A model generated the notes under the pieces. That model did no database searches. It saw only the letters and a program-made list of their open reading frames with translations, and was not told where the DNA came from. From positions 10,962 through 74,961 of IMG/VR virus record IMGVR_UViG_3300020196_000021: a DNA stretch of 64,000 bases; one strand, given 5' to 3'. The first letter of the stretch is position 1. Each line of letters opens with the position of its first letter. The position numbers and the translations under genes were made by a program. Below are positions 30,901 through 40,800 of this stretch, piece after piece. This stretch comes from a virus.

Positions 30901-33900
30901 GACCTTCTCCATACTCTGCAAAAAATCCTGTTCTATTCCACAATGTAGAATGTGGATCTGCATCAAACTTTATAGATGGTTCAGTTACTGATCCAAATGA
31001 TGCAACAATATTATTAAGTGCTTTTATATCTCCTTGTGCTCTAATATTGCCGTTTACTTCTAATTTTTCAGTATCATAGATGTTTAATGGATCACCAAGA
31101 TCTAAATTTGATGGAAAACCAATAGCAACAAATGCGTTTTGCTTTTCACTAGCTAACCAAGTTGTATCTTTTGATTCTAAATTTCCACTAAATGTCGCTT
31201 TAGTTTCAAAAGATTGAATTTTTACATGTTCTAAGAAAGAAGTTATTTTATATTTTAAGAAATTATTAAATGGTCCAGTACCAAAATTTGACTCTGCAGC
31301 ACTAAGAATATCATTTATATCATATTTACTTGTACCAAAATCAGTTATTGTTACTGATGTTACTGCTGAATCGACAGAAGATACAGTATAAGTAAATCCA
31401 CTACCACTTCCAAATGTACCAGTTAATACATTACCAACTTGATACCCTTGTCCAAATGATGTTATAACTACACTAGATACAGTTTGAGTCGTAATACTTG
31501 TAGTTATTGTTGCTACAGCACCAGTTCCAGTACCAGATACATTTGCTAATTGAACAGTATATGTTCCAGGTATGTAACCACTTCCAGCATTTGATATTGA
31601 TCCACCAGAAATACCACCACCAGTAACTACAATAGTCGCTTTTGCTCCAGATCCATTACCACCAGTTAAATCAACATTTGTATAAGTTCCTGCTGGATAT
31701 CCTAATCCATCAGTAATAATACCAGCAAATTCTCCAGAATATGTTGTGATATCATCATAAAATTTGGAAGATCCTGTGGTTGTAGATGTATTTACTGTAA
31801 GTGTTCCAATAGTAGCATTACTAATATTAGAACTATCAATAGAAATACTTTGATTTGATACAATATTTCCACCTACAGTTATGTCACCTGTAAAATTAGT
31901 ATTGCCAGTAATTTGTAAATCATCATTTACTTGTACTAAGCTATTTCCCTGAGCAGTTAATACTAAATTTCCAGTAGAAGTGCTAATTGTATTTGCATTT
32001 ACAGAACCAATTCTAATGTTTCCAATACTAAGAGGAGAAGTTTGTACTAACCCAGTTCCTGATATTATTTGATTTGAAGAAAGTGTTAAATTACCAACAT
32101 TAATTGAAGTTGGTAAAATCGTAGTAGCATTCCCTGCACTTGAAACAATTAAATTATCAAATGTTGTTGTACTAGATCCAGATCCAGCAAAAGATACTGT
32201 TCCTTTTTCTTGATCTATAATAAATGTTGTTCCTACTCTAAAATCACCATTTTGGTCAACGCTTGTGAACAATGCACGACCATTATTAGTTTCAATTACT
32301 TCATTTGCCTGATTAACCTGACTAATATCATTATCTTCATTTTTACCAGTACCAATATAACTAAAATTATGAGTAATACAATATAATCTTACTCCCTTTC
32401 CGTTTGCAGTAAGACCTCTTTCTCCATAAATTGAAGCTGATCCAATTGAACGAAGTTCTGCACCAAATGCAGTGTAATCTGCCAAAGTTACAAAATTAGC
32501 AGTTCCACCAGCAGAAGTTCTAATATCTTGTGATGCAATACCTCCATCAATAATTTCAGTACTTCCATTCAATCCTTCAAATTGAAGAAGAAGAGAGGTA
32601 TTGATACTAGCAGTAAATGCCGTTGTTGAAGGAGTAAAAGTTCCAGTATATCTAGATACTCCTTTTGAAATTCTTACTTCATCAATATATCCCTTATAAG
32701 CATATGCACCATTAGGATCTGCACCAATTCTAACTGGACGTACAGGATAATTGTTTGTATCAGTATAAGTTGATCCAACTTGAGTTCCATTGATGAATAA
32801 TCTTGTTGATGATCCTGATCTGGTTAAAGCAACATGGTTCCAAGCATTAAGAGTAACCGATCCAACAGGTCCAACTCTATAATTACTATTATAATAGAAG
32901 TATATCGCACCAGTGTCACTCTGACCTAAGATAATTCCATTAGTATCACTAGTGGTAGTTCTAAAGTCAAAGATAGTTCTATATGAAGTAAACTCAGTAG
33001 GATATACCCAGCACTCTAATGCAAAATCTCCAGTTGCACTAGTAGTTGTTGTACCAGCTGCTACATTAATCACACCAAACATATTTGTGTGATTTTGACA
33101 CTGGTAATAATAAGTGCCAGGTGTTACTCCAGCTGTATTCCAAGTAATTGTTCCCGTTGTAGATCCATTATTTGTTATTGTGCCTGTTGTTGTTCCGTTA
33201 CCTACACCACCACCAGTGCCTGTGATTTGTGCTGTCTTAACCCAAAATGGATGACTGGCGCTAACGTTTACATTAAATACTAATATATCTCCTGCAACTA
33301 CGTTGAGAGTTGGAGCAGTTCCACTTGCACTTCCAGAAAATTGGTAATTATTTGTACTACCAGTGTTTGCAGTTACAGTATACGTATACGTTGTGCTTGC
33401 TGGTGGACTAGGATTACTTGCAGCTCCAAAGTTAAAATCAGAAGAACTTGCTACTGATAAGTAATCTCCAGTTCCATCTAATATTAAAGAACTATTACCA
33501 AATTTTTTAATAGCAGTACTAATTTGAGCATCACCATTAACAATTACCTGCTTTGGAGTTAATGATGATTGTAACGCCTCAACAAAATTACCTGTTCCTT
33601 GACCAGTAAGGTAAATATATGTACCATCATTTTGATTAATAGTACCAGATGCTAAAACAGTTGTACCGTCAGTATCATATTGAGTTATAGTATTACCAGC
33701 AGCAAATGTGCCAGACATACCATTGAATTTTAATCTTGCTCTTCCCTGACCAGCAAATCCTGTTCCGCCTGGATTTTCTCCAATAACGCTATCTGCAGCA
33801 AAATAAGTAAATGAATTTAACCATTCACATCTAGCACCATTTTTTAAATATAATCCAACTGAATTAGGTACAACAAATGTACATTCATTAAATAATATAG

Positions 33901-34675
33901 ATGCTTCTGCTGAATTAGTTGCAACTACTCCACCATCAATTAATACGCCTCTTCCTGCATCTCCCTGTGCATATCCTCTTGGATCGGATCCAGTGGTTAC
34001 ACTACCTTTAGTAATTACAGAACAACGCTGAACATAAGGTCTTCTTCCTGAAACACTTATAGTATATCCAGATTTTGTTCTAAATGCATATCCAGTATCA
34101 TTTACTGAATCATAATAAAAATCAGTAACTGTAATATTTTCTATATTACAGTTACTTTGAATTAAAAACGCATCTTTATTATTAGTACCAACTGTTGGTT
34201 TAATAAAAGTGGTTTTGAATCCAGCACCAGAAATTGAAACCCCAACTGGAACTGTTAATGGAAAAGTTTCAGTATAAACTCCTGAACCCACAACGACAGT
34301 ATCCCCATCAGTAGCATAATTATCAAGACAATATTTTAATGAGGAAAACGCCGTCATTGGCGTTTTGCCCCATGAATTTGAACCAGTAGTAGAACCGTGT
34401 CTAGGATTTACAGAACCAAGTATTGCTTTGTCTGTTCCATTTTTTGAAACATACCAAGTTTTTCCGACTCCATCAGTAATCAAAGATGAAAACATTGATG
34501 GAACAATGGTTTCATCGTTTGGATCTGCGTTTAGAACTTCTTGAATAGTACCATTATTATTTACAAATAATGTCCTATCAGCAATATTAAGAGCTACTTC
34601 TTTGTCGTAAAGATCAGAAGTCGTCGGTGCTGAGTTCGGTGTTAGGGATCTCTTTAACTTGATTCTGGTTGCCAT
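27953..34675 (-). CDS. Giant mosaic tail-fibre protein (2240 aa)
   Basis: Mtd-N-like start (RIKLKRS..P); beta-helix region; LamG domain with an inserted cupredoxin-like domain; GxGY repeats; GAIRFNT..RFEGF motif. Confidence 0.85.
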   Translation of the reverse strand: MATRIKLKRSLTPNSAPTTSDLYDKEVALNIADRTLFVNNNGTIQEVLNADPNDETIVPSMFSSLITDGVGKTWYVSKNGTDKAILGSVNPRHGSTTGSNSWGKTPMTAFSSLKYCLDNYATDGDTVVVGSGVYTETFPLTVPVGVSISGAGFKTTFIKPTVGTNNKDAFLIQSNCNIENITVTDFYYDSVNDTGYAFRTKSGYTISVSGRRPYVQRCSVITKGSVTTGSDPRGYAQGDAGRGVLIDGGVVATNSAEASILFNECTFVVPNSVGLYLKNGARCEWLNSFTYFAADSVIGENPGGTGFAGQGRARLKFNGMSGTFAAGNTITQYDTDGTTVLASGTINQNDGTYIYLTGQGTGNFVEALQSSLTPKQVIVNGDAQISTAIKKFGNSSLILDGTGDYLSVASSSDFNFGAASNPSPPASTTYTYTVTANTGSTNNYQFSGSASGTAPTLNVVAGDILVFNVNVSASHPFWVKTAQITGTGGGVGNGTTTGTITNNGSTTGTITWNTAGVTPGTYYYQCQNHTNMFGVINVAAGTTTTSATGDFALECWVYPTEFTSYRTIFDFRTTTSDTNGIILGQSDTGAIYFYYNSNYRVGPVGSVTLNAWNHVALTRSGSSTRLFINGTQVGSTYTDTNNYPVRPVRIGADPNGAYAYKGYIDEVRISKGVSRYTGTFTPSTTAFTASINTSLLLQFEGLNGSTEIIDGGIASQDIRTSAGGTANFVTLADYTAFGAELRSIGSASIYGERGLTANGKGVRLYCITHNFSYIGTGKNEDNDISQVNQANEVIETNNGRALFTSVDQNGDFRVGTTFIIDQEKGTVSFAGSGSSTTTFDNLIVSSAGNATTILPTSINVGNLTLSSNQIISGTGLVQTSPLSIGNIRIGSVNANTISTSTGNLVLTAQGNSLVQVNDDLQITGNTNFTGDITVGGNIVSNQSISIDSSNISNATIGTLTVNTSTTTGSSKFYDDITTYSGEFAGIITDGLGYPAGTYTNVDLTGGNGSGAKATIVVTGGGISGGSISNAGSGYIPGTYTVQLANVSGTGTGAVATITTSITTQTVSSVVITSFGQGYQVGNVLTGTFGSGSGFTYTVSSVDSAVTSVTITDFGTSKYDINDILSAAESNFGTGPFNNFLKYKITSFLEHVKIQSFETKATFSGNLESKDTTWLASEKQNAFVAIGFPSNLDLGDPLNIYDTEKLEVNGNIRAQGDIKALNNIVASFGSVTEPSIKFDADPHSTLWNRTGFFAEYGEGHGKFSAVGDQGRILRFSADRTDFYKKTNFVTVSFADPTIQKGSAYQLGKYTNQEVLGGSGSGLRFDVTVAFDGILTEQGFGYTDATYVDIPLIYSVLPGGSVLTTSNLNGGSNYINGTYTNVPLTGGTGNFAKATVTIASGSVTNISITNGGSGYTVNDTLSANVSNLGGSQINQLSITSGGSNYANGNYNNVTLTNIGSLGQGATANITVSGGLITSATINQPGAGYVSGDTLSVDTTSFNSTATYTYNVTDTSPSGYVFTGSATGTNPTLTVNKFDDLTFDVSAPGNGLVNNAFYIVSQLGAYSGYDPTYNVAGVTNNGASSGVITWTPNIPGTYYYISANNSAYYGTIQVLETNVGSGATLTVSTLTSGSGFNFKVATIGTSTGGTGAKADIEVVGGKVTSITIVDGGSGYQVFDLLTVDPASMTYVDTITNAAIPSTVPTTSFKFRVETIGVVTVTEINNLGIGYEEGDKIYLPNSFRPVYTNWTANAQVQSGSYVKHQSNFYEVTASGTFGINAPIHTTGTVTNGTASLGFYGQEYFYQFGAATSTDVIKLDPIDGSITSKQLKVSTTSGININDSLSITNNQINKITPGNLVISANALVEISGSKALVVPSGSTAERPPAPGAGAIRFNTNESRFEGFNGNYFVSLGGVRDVDGNTYISAELNPGDDDNIIRFVNDGVQSMQVEQNKIVLQKITSIDATDINGIPEWTSGGTVTAPTGNQPSVFIYYGINVYMVMQSGTLGTTAPTNTTGNNFANGTAELKYVRNIYGQLTFTNPGQNIVFNSDKLILGSSILEFTSDGSAARIAAVSSGGLSFTLTSSYREFIKFGINGEFLVNNLYGQNVASSYIKLFDKDLRQFNLKDSRIASGVSTINTASGNSTSIPLFPYTQSYSGKVMIEISDDSTISRRQYSEISYIVKSNGSDIIYTESNKIYTDVVLCDVEAELDGSNNVAIKVTDLTGSSTIVYNVKVVSQTVLA

Positions 34676-34829
34676 TTATAGCATTCTCTTGTTGTGACTT
34701 TTCTATAATACTATTTAACCTATTTGTCAAATCTTTAACTTTTGCTTCTAATACTACATTAGTAAGGGTCAAGTCAGAAACCTTTTTTTGAAGGATTGAA
34801 ATCAAAACATTAACATCTATTTCATTCAT
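34614..34829 (-). CDS. Small coiled-coil hypothetical protein
   Basis: GAGG RBS; LQKKVSDLTLTNVVLEAKV; overlaps the next gene by 62 nt. Confidence 0.6.
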   Translation of the reverse strand: MNEIDVNVLISILQKKVSDLTLTNVVLEAKVKDLTNRLNSIIEKSQQENAINGNQNQVKEIPNTELSTDDF

Positions 34830-34837
34830 AAGTTACC

Positions 34838-37066
34838 TCAGGTAAATGTTCCTCCGTCAACTGTATCTGTCCATACTGGAATACCAGCAGCAGTTACAGT
34901 TAAAATTTGGAATGAAGTTGCAACATCAGGACCAACTCCTGGATTTGCCATATTAGCAGCAGCAGTTTCTTTGAGTTCTCCAATTCCGTTTCCGTAAAGA
35001 ATTCCATTAGTATTAAATTCACTTCTACCAGTACCACCAAATTGGACCGCTAAATCATTGTCTAATTCAAGATCACCAATTAATACTGTTCCTCTAGTTG
35101 AAATAACAGAAATTACTCTCAGTAAAAGATCATCTGTTCCAACTACACCACCAATTAAATTACCACTAATAGTTAAAAGATCACCTTCTTGATAATAAGT
35201 TCCAGCAGAGGTAATAGTAATTGTGCTAATTGCACCAGAACCATTTCTGGAAACAGATACTACTAATCCAGACCCACTTCCACCAGTTGGATTTAATGAA
35301 GGATATAATTGATTTGCTGCACCAGCAAGAGTTGTTCCACTAGATACATCTAAATCATTTTTTTCACGCTCTACTGATCCAACTCCACCCACTGAATGAG
35401 TGAAAACATTATTTGTATTTGTAGCATCTTCAATAAATGTAAATGCACCTAAACCATCAGATCCTCCAGTTCTATCATATCCAAAGAATCCATGTTTAAT
35501 TGAAGTTCCATTGTGATATGTATATTGAATACCACGGTCCATTCCATCGTTTGAACCTTGAACAATATCAATAGATTCTCCAAGATTAATTGCACCTGAA
35601 ATACCATTAGATAAATTTAAAATTGTAGTTTCAAATACAGATTTATCTGTAGGTTCTTTAACAAGAATTAAAAGTTGTGGGGATCCAGTATTTGCTTTGG
35701 TTAAAGAACCACCTTCATAATATGAACTTTCTCTTAAGGATAATGTAGGAGAAACTGTAATTCTTACTGTATTAGTAGTTTGAGTTTGGTATGTACCAAT
35801 TTGCTCATAATTTGTACCATTATAAAAATAAATTGGCGCTCCTATACTTGGAGGAGTAGCGAACCCTCCAGCAGAAACGTGAAAAACAACTTCAATACTA
35901 GTGATGGTTCTACCACCAGTTCCAACATTATCTCCTGTTACCAAGGATCCAGTATTGATACCAGAAGGATTATCAATATTAATTGCAGAGGTTCCTGCGA
36001 TAGCATTTGCAGATAATACTTTTTGAGATGTTTGATCACCAATGTTAAAGATTGGATCATTAACTGTAACTTGAGTTGAGTTTATAGTAGTGGTTGTACC
36101 AGCAACTTGAAGATTACCACGAATGATTAACTCCCCAGAAGCATCTCCGCTTGCTGGATCTGGATCTAAAATAATTGTGGATCCAGAAGTTGTTGAAATT
36201 GTATTGCCATCAAATCTTAAATTATCAATATTAAGTTGACCTGTTTGATTAACAGTAACATTGGAATTTGTTACTGTGCCTTCAAATGTAACTCCATTTT
36301 TAAATGATGTAGTCGAATTTACAGTTAAGATATCGCTAGATGATGTACCAAGAATTGCATTATCATCTACCCTAAGTTCTTTAATCCAAGCAGTTTTATC
36401 TACACCTAGTCCACCAGAAATCTTAACAGCACCTGTAGTTCTGCTAGATGATTCCGTTACGTCTGAGAATTGAACTGCAACTCCATTATCATATTGCCAA
36501 TCCGCCCCATCAACACGAATTATATTTAATTGAGTTGCATCATATCTGATACCACCATTTCCAACACTACCAAATTGAATTTTTAAATCATCATCTAAAC
36601 GAAAATCTGGGGTATTTAACCCAACTCTATCTAATCTTAAGACATTAGCAGTAGCATCAAATTTTAATTCAATATCACCTGTAGTACCAAATTCCAATTC
36701 TTGTTCATCTTCAATAACAAGTTTACCAAAACCATTTGCTCTGAAAATGAGATCAGTATCAGTAGTATCTGTTTCTACTACGTTGCCGTCAAGATTAATA
36801 TCATCTACTCTAAAGCGATTTATCTTTGAGTTATTATCTACAATAACCCCAGAATTCGCAGTAAGAGTTCCATGAACATGATCAAGCATGTCAGTGAAAT
36901 ACTTACCGCCAATAACTTGTACTGTGGTATTATTATCACCAATAAAAATCCTATCACCACGATTTACTTGAGTGCCAGTTCCAACTGTTACTGCAAGTTC
37001 ACCGAATTCTAATGAAGATGGTACTGTGGTGCCAGTACTTCTTTTTATAAGGATGGTTGATGCCAT
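34838..37066 (-). CDS. Tail fibre / baseplate-associated fibre protein (742 aa)
   Basis: Motifs MASTILIKRS..P..LEFGELA, IGGKYFTD, TGAVKISGGLGV, GNLQVAGTTTTINST, DRGI, C-terminal DGGTF. Confidence 0.8.
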   Translation of the reverse strand: MASTILIKRSTGTTVPSSLEFGELAVTVGTGTQVNRGDRIFIGDNNTTVQVIGGKYFTDMLDHVHGTLTANSGVIVDNNSKINRFRVDDINLDGNVVETDTTDTDLIFRANGFGKLVIEDEQELEFGTTGDIELKFDATANVLRLDRVGLNTPDFRLDDDLKIQFGSVGNGGIRYDATQLNIIRVDGADWQYDNGVAVQFSDVTESSSRTTGAVKISGGLGVDKTAWIKELRVDDNAILGTSSSDILTVNSTTSFKNGVTFEGTVTNSNVTVNQTGQLNIDNLRFDGNTISTTSGSTIILDPDPASGDASGELIIRGNLQVAGTTTTINSTQVTVNDPIFNIGDQTSQKVLSANAIAGTSAINIDNPSGINTGSLVTGDNVGTGGRTITSIEVVFHVSAGGFATPPSIGAPIYFYNGTNYEQIGTYQTQTTNTVRITVSPTLSLRESSYYEGGSLTKANTGSPQLLILVKEPTDKSVFETTILNLSNGISGAINLGESIDIVQGSNDGMDRGIQYTYHNGTSIKHGFFGYDRTGGSDGLGAFTFIEDATNTNNVFTHSVGGVGSVEREKNDLDVSSGTTLAGAANQLYPSLNPTGGSGSGLVVSVSRNGSGAISTITITSAGTYYQEGDLLTISGNLIGGVVGTDDLLLRVISVISTRGTVLIGDLELDNDLAVQFGGTGRSEFNTNGILYGNGIGELKETAAANMANPGVGPDVATSFQILTVTAAGIPVWTDTVDGGTFT

Positions 37067-37275
37067 CAGAAGCTACCCCCGTTTACTGTTACGTTATTTA
37101 ATACATTTCCTGATTGGAATCTACTTGTTGCAGCATTATAAATTAGAATATATCCATCTTGCAAACCATTTGTTAAGACATCAACGTCACCTAAATTTTG
37201 CAATGTAGCTGCACCGCCAAGTGCTACTCTTGATACTTGTGGAGATGCTTGATCTCCAAATCTAACCCTTGCCAT
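37066..37275 (-). CDS. Small fibre-like structural protein
   Basis: Motifs LQNLGDVDV..DGYILIYNA and C-terminal NGGSF. Confidence 0.65.
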   Translation of the reverse strand: MARVRFGDQASPQVSRVALGGAATLQNLGDVDVLTNGLQDGYILIYNAATSRFQSGNVLNNVTVNGGSF

Positions 37276-37614
37276 TTAGAGTGTTACTCCTTCTACTACT
37301 GTTAAAACACCTTCTAATACTCTAGATTTATAATTAGAATTGCTGGTCAAAACAACATCATAAACATAACGTCCTGGTGTCATGGTAGAAGTTACTGTAT
37401 TTGGTAATGATAAAGTAACGGAACCTGTATTTTGTGGAGGGTTTATATTCACATTCATAGTAACAGATGTGCTACTTGTATAATGTTTTTTGATCAAAGA
37501 TTGACCAGTATACCCAGTCAAATTGAACTGAGAACCATTATCGTTGGTTACAAAAAATGTAGTTTGGAAATCACTTCCTTGGTAAACAACTAAATTGGTT
37601 ACAGCAGCTAACAT
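37276..37614 (-). CDS. Conserved virion structural protein (Ig-like fibre adaptor)
   Basis: Motifs QGSDF, LTGYT, GRYVYDV, RVLEG, GVT. Confidence 0.7.
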   Translation of the reverse strand: MLAAVTNLVVYQGSDFQTTFFVTNDNGSQFNLTGYTGQSLIKKHYTSSTSVTMNVNINPPQNTGSVTLSLPNTVTSTMTPGRYVYDVVLTSNSNYKSRVLEGVLTVVEGVTL

Positions 37615-37636
37615 TATAGTATTCCTACTTCAAGTG

Positions 37637-37644
37637 TATTTATA
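37637..37644 (-). promoter_or_regulatory. T4-type late promoter TATAAATA
   Basis: Exact consensus, intergenic. Confidence 0.85.
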
Positions 37645-37884
37645 CTAATTGCTATTCTTATTTACCAGTTCTAGCAATAAATTTTTTATCTCTGCTATTT
37701 CTAATTTTAAATTATTGATATCTTCTTCGGCAGTTTCTAATTTTATTTCCTGTTCTCTTTTTTTATTTCTTTGGGACACATATTTAAAATATGCCTCTTG
37801 GTCTGTGTTTACTATAGAATTTGTTTTTAGGTCACGATACAGACCATCGTGACCTTCAACTGGGATTAAGCTAGAGCTATACAT
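37645..37884 (-). CDS. Conserved small coiled-coil protein
   Basis: VEGHDGLYRD..TNSIVN motif followed by a coiled coil; typical position after the VrlC-like gene. Confidence 0.72.
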   Translation of the reverse strand: MYSSSLIPVEGHDGLYRDLKTNSIVNTDQEAYFKYVSQRNKKREQEIKLETAEEDINNLKLEIAEIKNLLLELVNKNSN

Positions 37885-40800
37885 CTTAAATCTTTAATAA
37901 TCGGAGCAACGGCAGCATTACGAGATCTCATTCTTAATTTGATTGTATATTTACTAAATGTTTCGTTTGCATTTGCAGTGTTATAATTATAAGAAAGATC
38001 AATAAATCTAAGTTCATCCTTTTTATTATAATTTGCTGTTGTTAGTTTTTCCCAAGGTATTTGATTGTAATCACTTTCATCACCAGTTAGTAACTTAACA
38101 TAAACATCAACATCACAAACAGAAGGATTATAAGAAGCAAATTCAATTCTCAACCCTGTACATGGATTTGCAAGAGTTGCTATTTTTGTAATATAGTTTG
38201 CTGCATTGTAATCATGAATTGGATCAATTGCAATATTAAAAGTGTCATTGGGAGATGGTGGAGAATTAAAGAAATATTGTTTTTTAAATTCTGTTGAATC
38301 AAAATCAGTAACTCTATTGTTAGTAGTCACTAAACTAACTCTATTTTTATCAATAATAGGACTTAAATTTTCCTTAGTACTAGAAAGAACCAATCGCATG
38401 GTTGCTGATTTTGCACCAATCATTTGTTTTTCTTCATTTAAGTTTGAAGCAATCAAATATGGAACAGAAAGTAAATTATTCTCATTTAAAACTATTGGAA
38501 AGAAGTCAGAATCTCTAATATAAGATTTTTGATTAGGTGAAGTATATGTGGAAGGATTTGAATAAGAAGACGAACCAATAGAAGTACCAGTAGTACCAGA
38601 GTATGAAGCCAAAATTGAAGTTCCTGGTAATTCTTTATATGTAACAAGAGGTTCAAATTGAGTATACTGTATGTTCTGACTTACAAATACTTTATCTCCA
38701 CCAATCGTTAAATTAGTTGCTGATGTTCTAGTTATTGGTAGATTAATTTGATAACTATCAAGTGTTATCCATTCTAAATTGCTGTGAATCGTATTAATCA
38801 ATGTTAATGGAACTCCATCGATTACATAATTTTCGACCTGCCATTCTTCATCTGCTTTAAATCCATCAGATGGAGCAGTTCCAGAAATTCTTGCAAGTGT
38901 TGTGATTGTATAATTTCCATTTGTATCCGCAGTTCCAACTGTAGTTGGATTGTAACTATATACAACTCCACCAATTTTTAAATAACCAGGATTTGTATTT
39001 GTTGGAGGACTTCCATTAATATTTGAAGTATAATAGAATGCTGTTCTATTGCCGTTTACTGTAATTGCGCCTGGAGCACCACTCCAATTTACAGATAAAG
39101 TTGCATACTGTTCAGAACTTACTCCAGTAATGTCTACAAATGATGCAGGATCATGCATACCATGATTAGTGTGATTTACTTTTATTCTATTTGAATTTAC
39201 ATTTAATTCAATTGGATCTCTTCTCAATTGAGTATATTGAAGTGATCCGCTATTATCGTTCACCCAATTGATAGTAGGTGATTCATTAATATTAAATGAT
39301 GCTCTATAAATCTTAAATTTAAAATCTTGCATTTCTGATGTTGTCCATGTAGATGCATTCTGTGATTTGAAAAGAACACCAGCATATGGTTGTTTAGATA
39401 TTTTTTCTCCACTTAAGTCATCTTTACCCATTTCAGAAAGCCAAACTCTATATTCAACTGAAGATGTTAATAGTGCAAAACAATATTCTTTTCTTTCTGC
39501 AAGATAAATTGGAGTATCAAAAACAAAAGTAGTCACAGCACTTGCATCTTTAGAAACAGAGACATTACTTGGATCTTTATTGATTGTGCCTAAAATCTCT
39601 GGAGATGGATACCCATTAACCATCTCTCTAATCTGCATAGTTACTGGAAGATTAGAATCTTTTGTGCTAAAGTATACATCAATTTTTGTAATAAAACATC
39701 CACCACTTTCTTCTATCAAGAATGATTGTGCAAGAGGGTCATACCAACCTCCAACTCTAGTGGAAGTTGACGAACTAGTTAACATTCTACTATCACTTAC
39801 AGTATCTCTAACAACCTCTGCATTTCTAACTAATAATGTATCTTGTTGTTTTGTAAGAATTGTTCCACTTGCAGTATAAGATGCTTCTGCAGAGCTGTCA
39901 ACAACTCCAGGTATTAATGAATTGATTGGACTATCAGATACCCTGAATACTGATTCCCCAACTTTAAATCTTGGATTTGCATCATCATTTGGATCTGGAA
40001 TGTAAAAACTTAATTGCACGTTGCCTAATTCATCGGCAATCAATTTTTTATTGATGACTGTTGCTGTAGCACCACTTGTTAATCCAACAATGGTATCTCC
40101 CTCAAGTACATATCCACCCATTTCAGATGTATTTAATACTTGCATTGATGGAATGTCAAGATTTAAAAATGTAGATGTTGATGTGTAGGAAGTTGCAGTA
40201 ATTGTTTCACCATTATATGGATTTACTGTGTATGGACGACCCAAATTATCAATACCAGATCCTGGAGCAACAAGTTTTGCTCTAAATTTTCTATTTACAT
40301 TGCCAGTTACGATAATATCTTCATCAATTTGGAATGCAACGGAAGATGCTGCCATAGCAATTTCTAAAATTTTTGGAGTTACAAAAGATGTAACATCTCT
40401 ACCATCAAAAAATGCATATACTCTAATATTTGGTTTCAATCTAAATGAAGTCACTGAAATATTTCTAGATCTCTTCCAATATGCGTATTTAGTATCTACT
40501 ACTCTATCTCCAAGAACTTTTCTCTCTGTTTTTGGGGTAACTCTAGGTCTAATTCCAGATCTAGTTTGGAATCTATCTGTTCTAGTTGTTGTTTGTTCAA
40601 CGTTTCTTATTGGACCTCCACCTTCTGTCCACGTTTGGGTTGTTACAGAAGTTGATGACCATTGAGTTTTCCAAGCATTCCATTCAATAGGAGCAAAACC
40701 TGTATTCCTATCAACACCCATTGCAAAGACAGTAGCAGAATAATCACCCTCAACTTCTGTTAGTGATTCTGGTAATCTATTTTCATCAATCCAATCATCT

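Noticed and set aside
13599-37066. Diversity-generating retroelement or invertible tail-fibre switch (prompted by Mtd-N-like N-termini)
   Set aside because: I saw no reverse transcriptase, invertase or near-identical TR/VR nucleotide pair in this window. A self dot-plot would be needed to exclude one fully.
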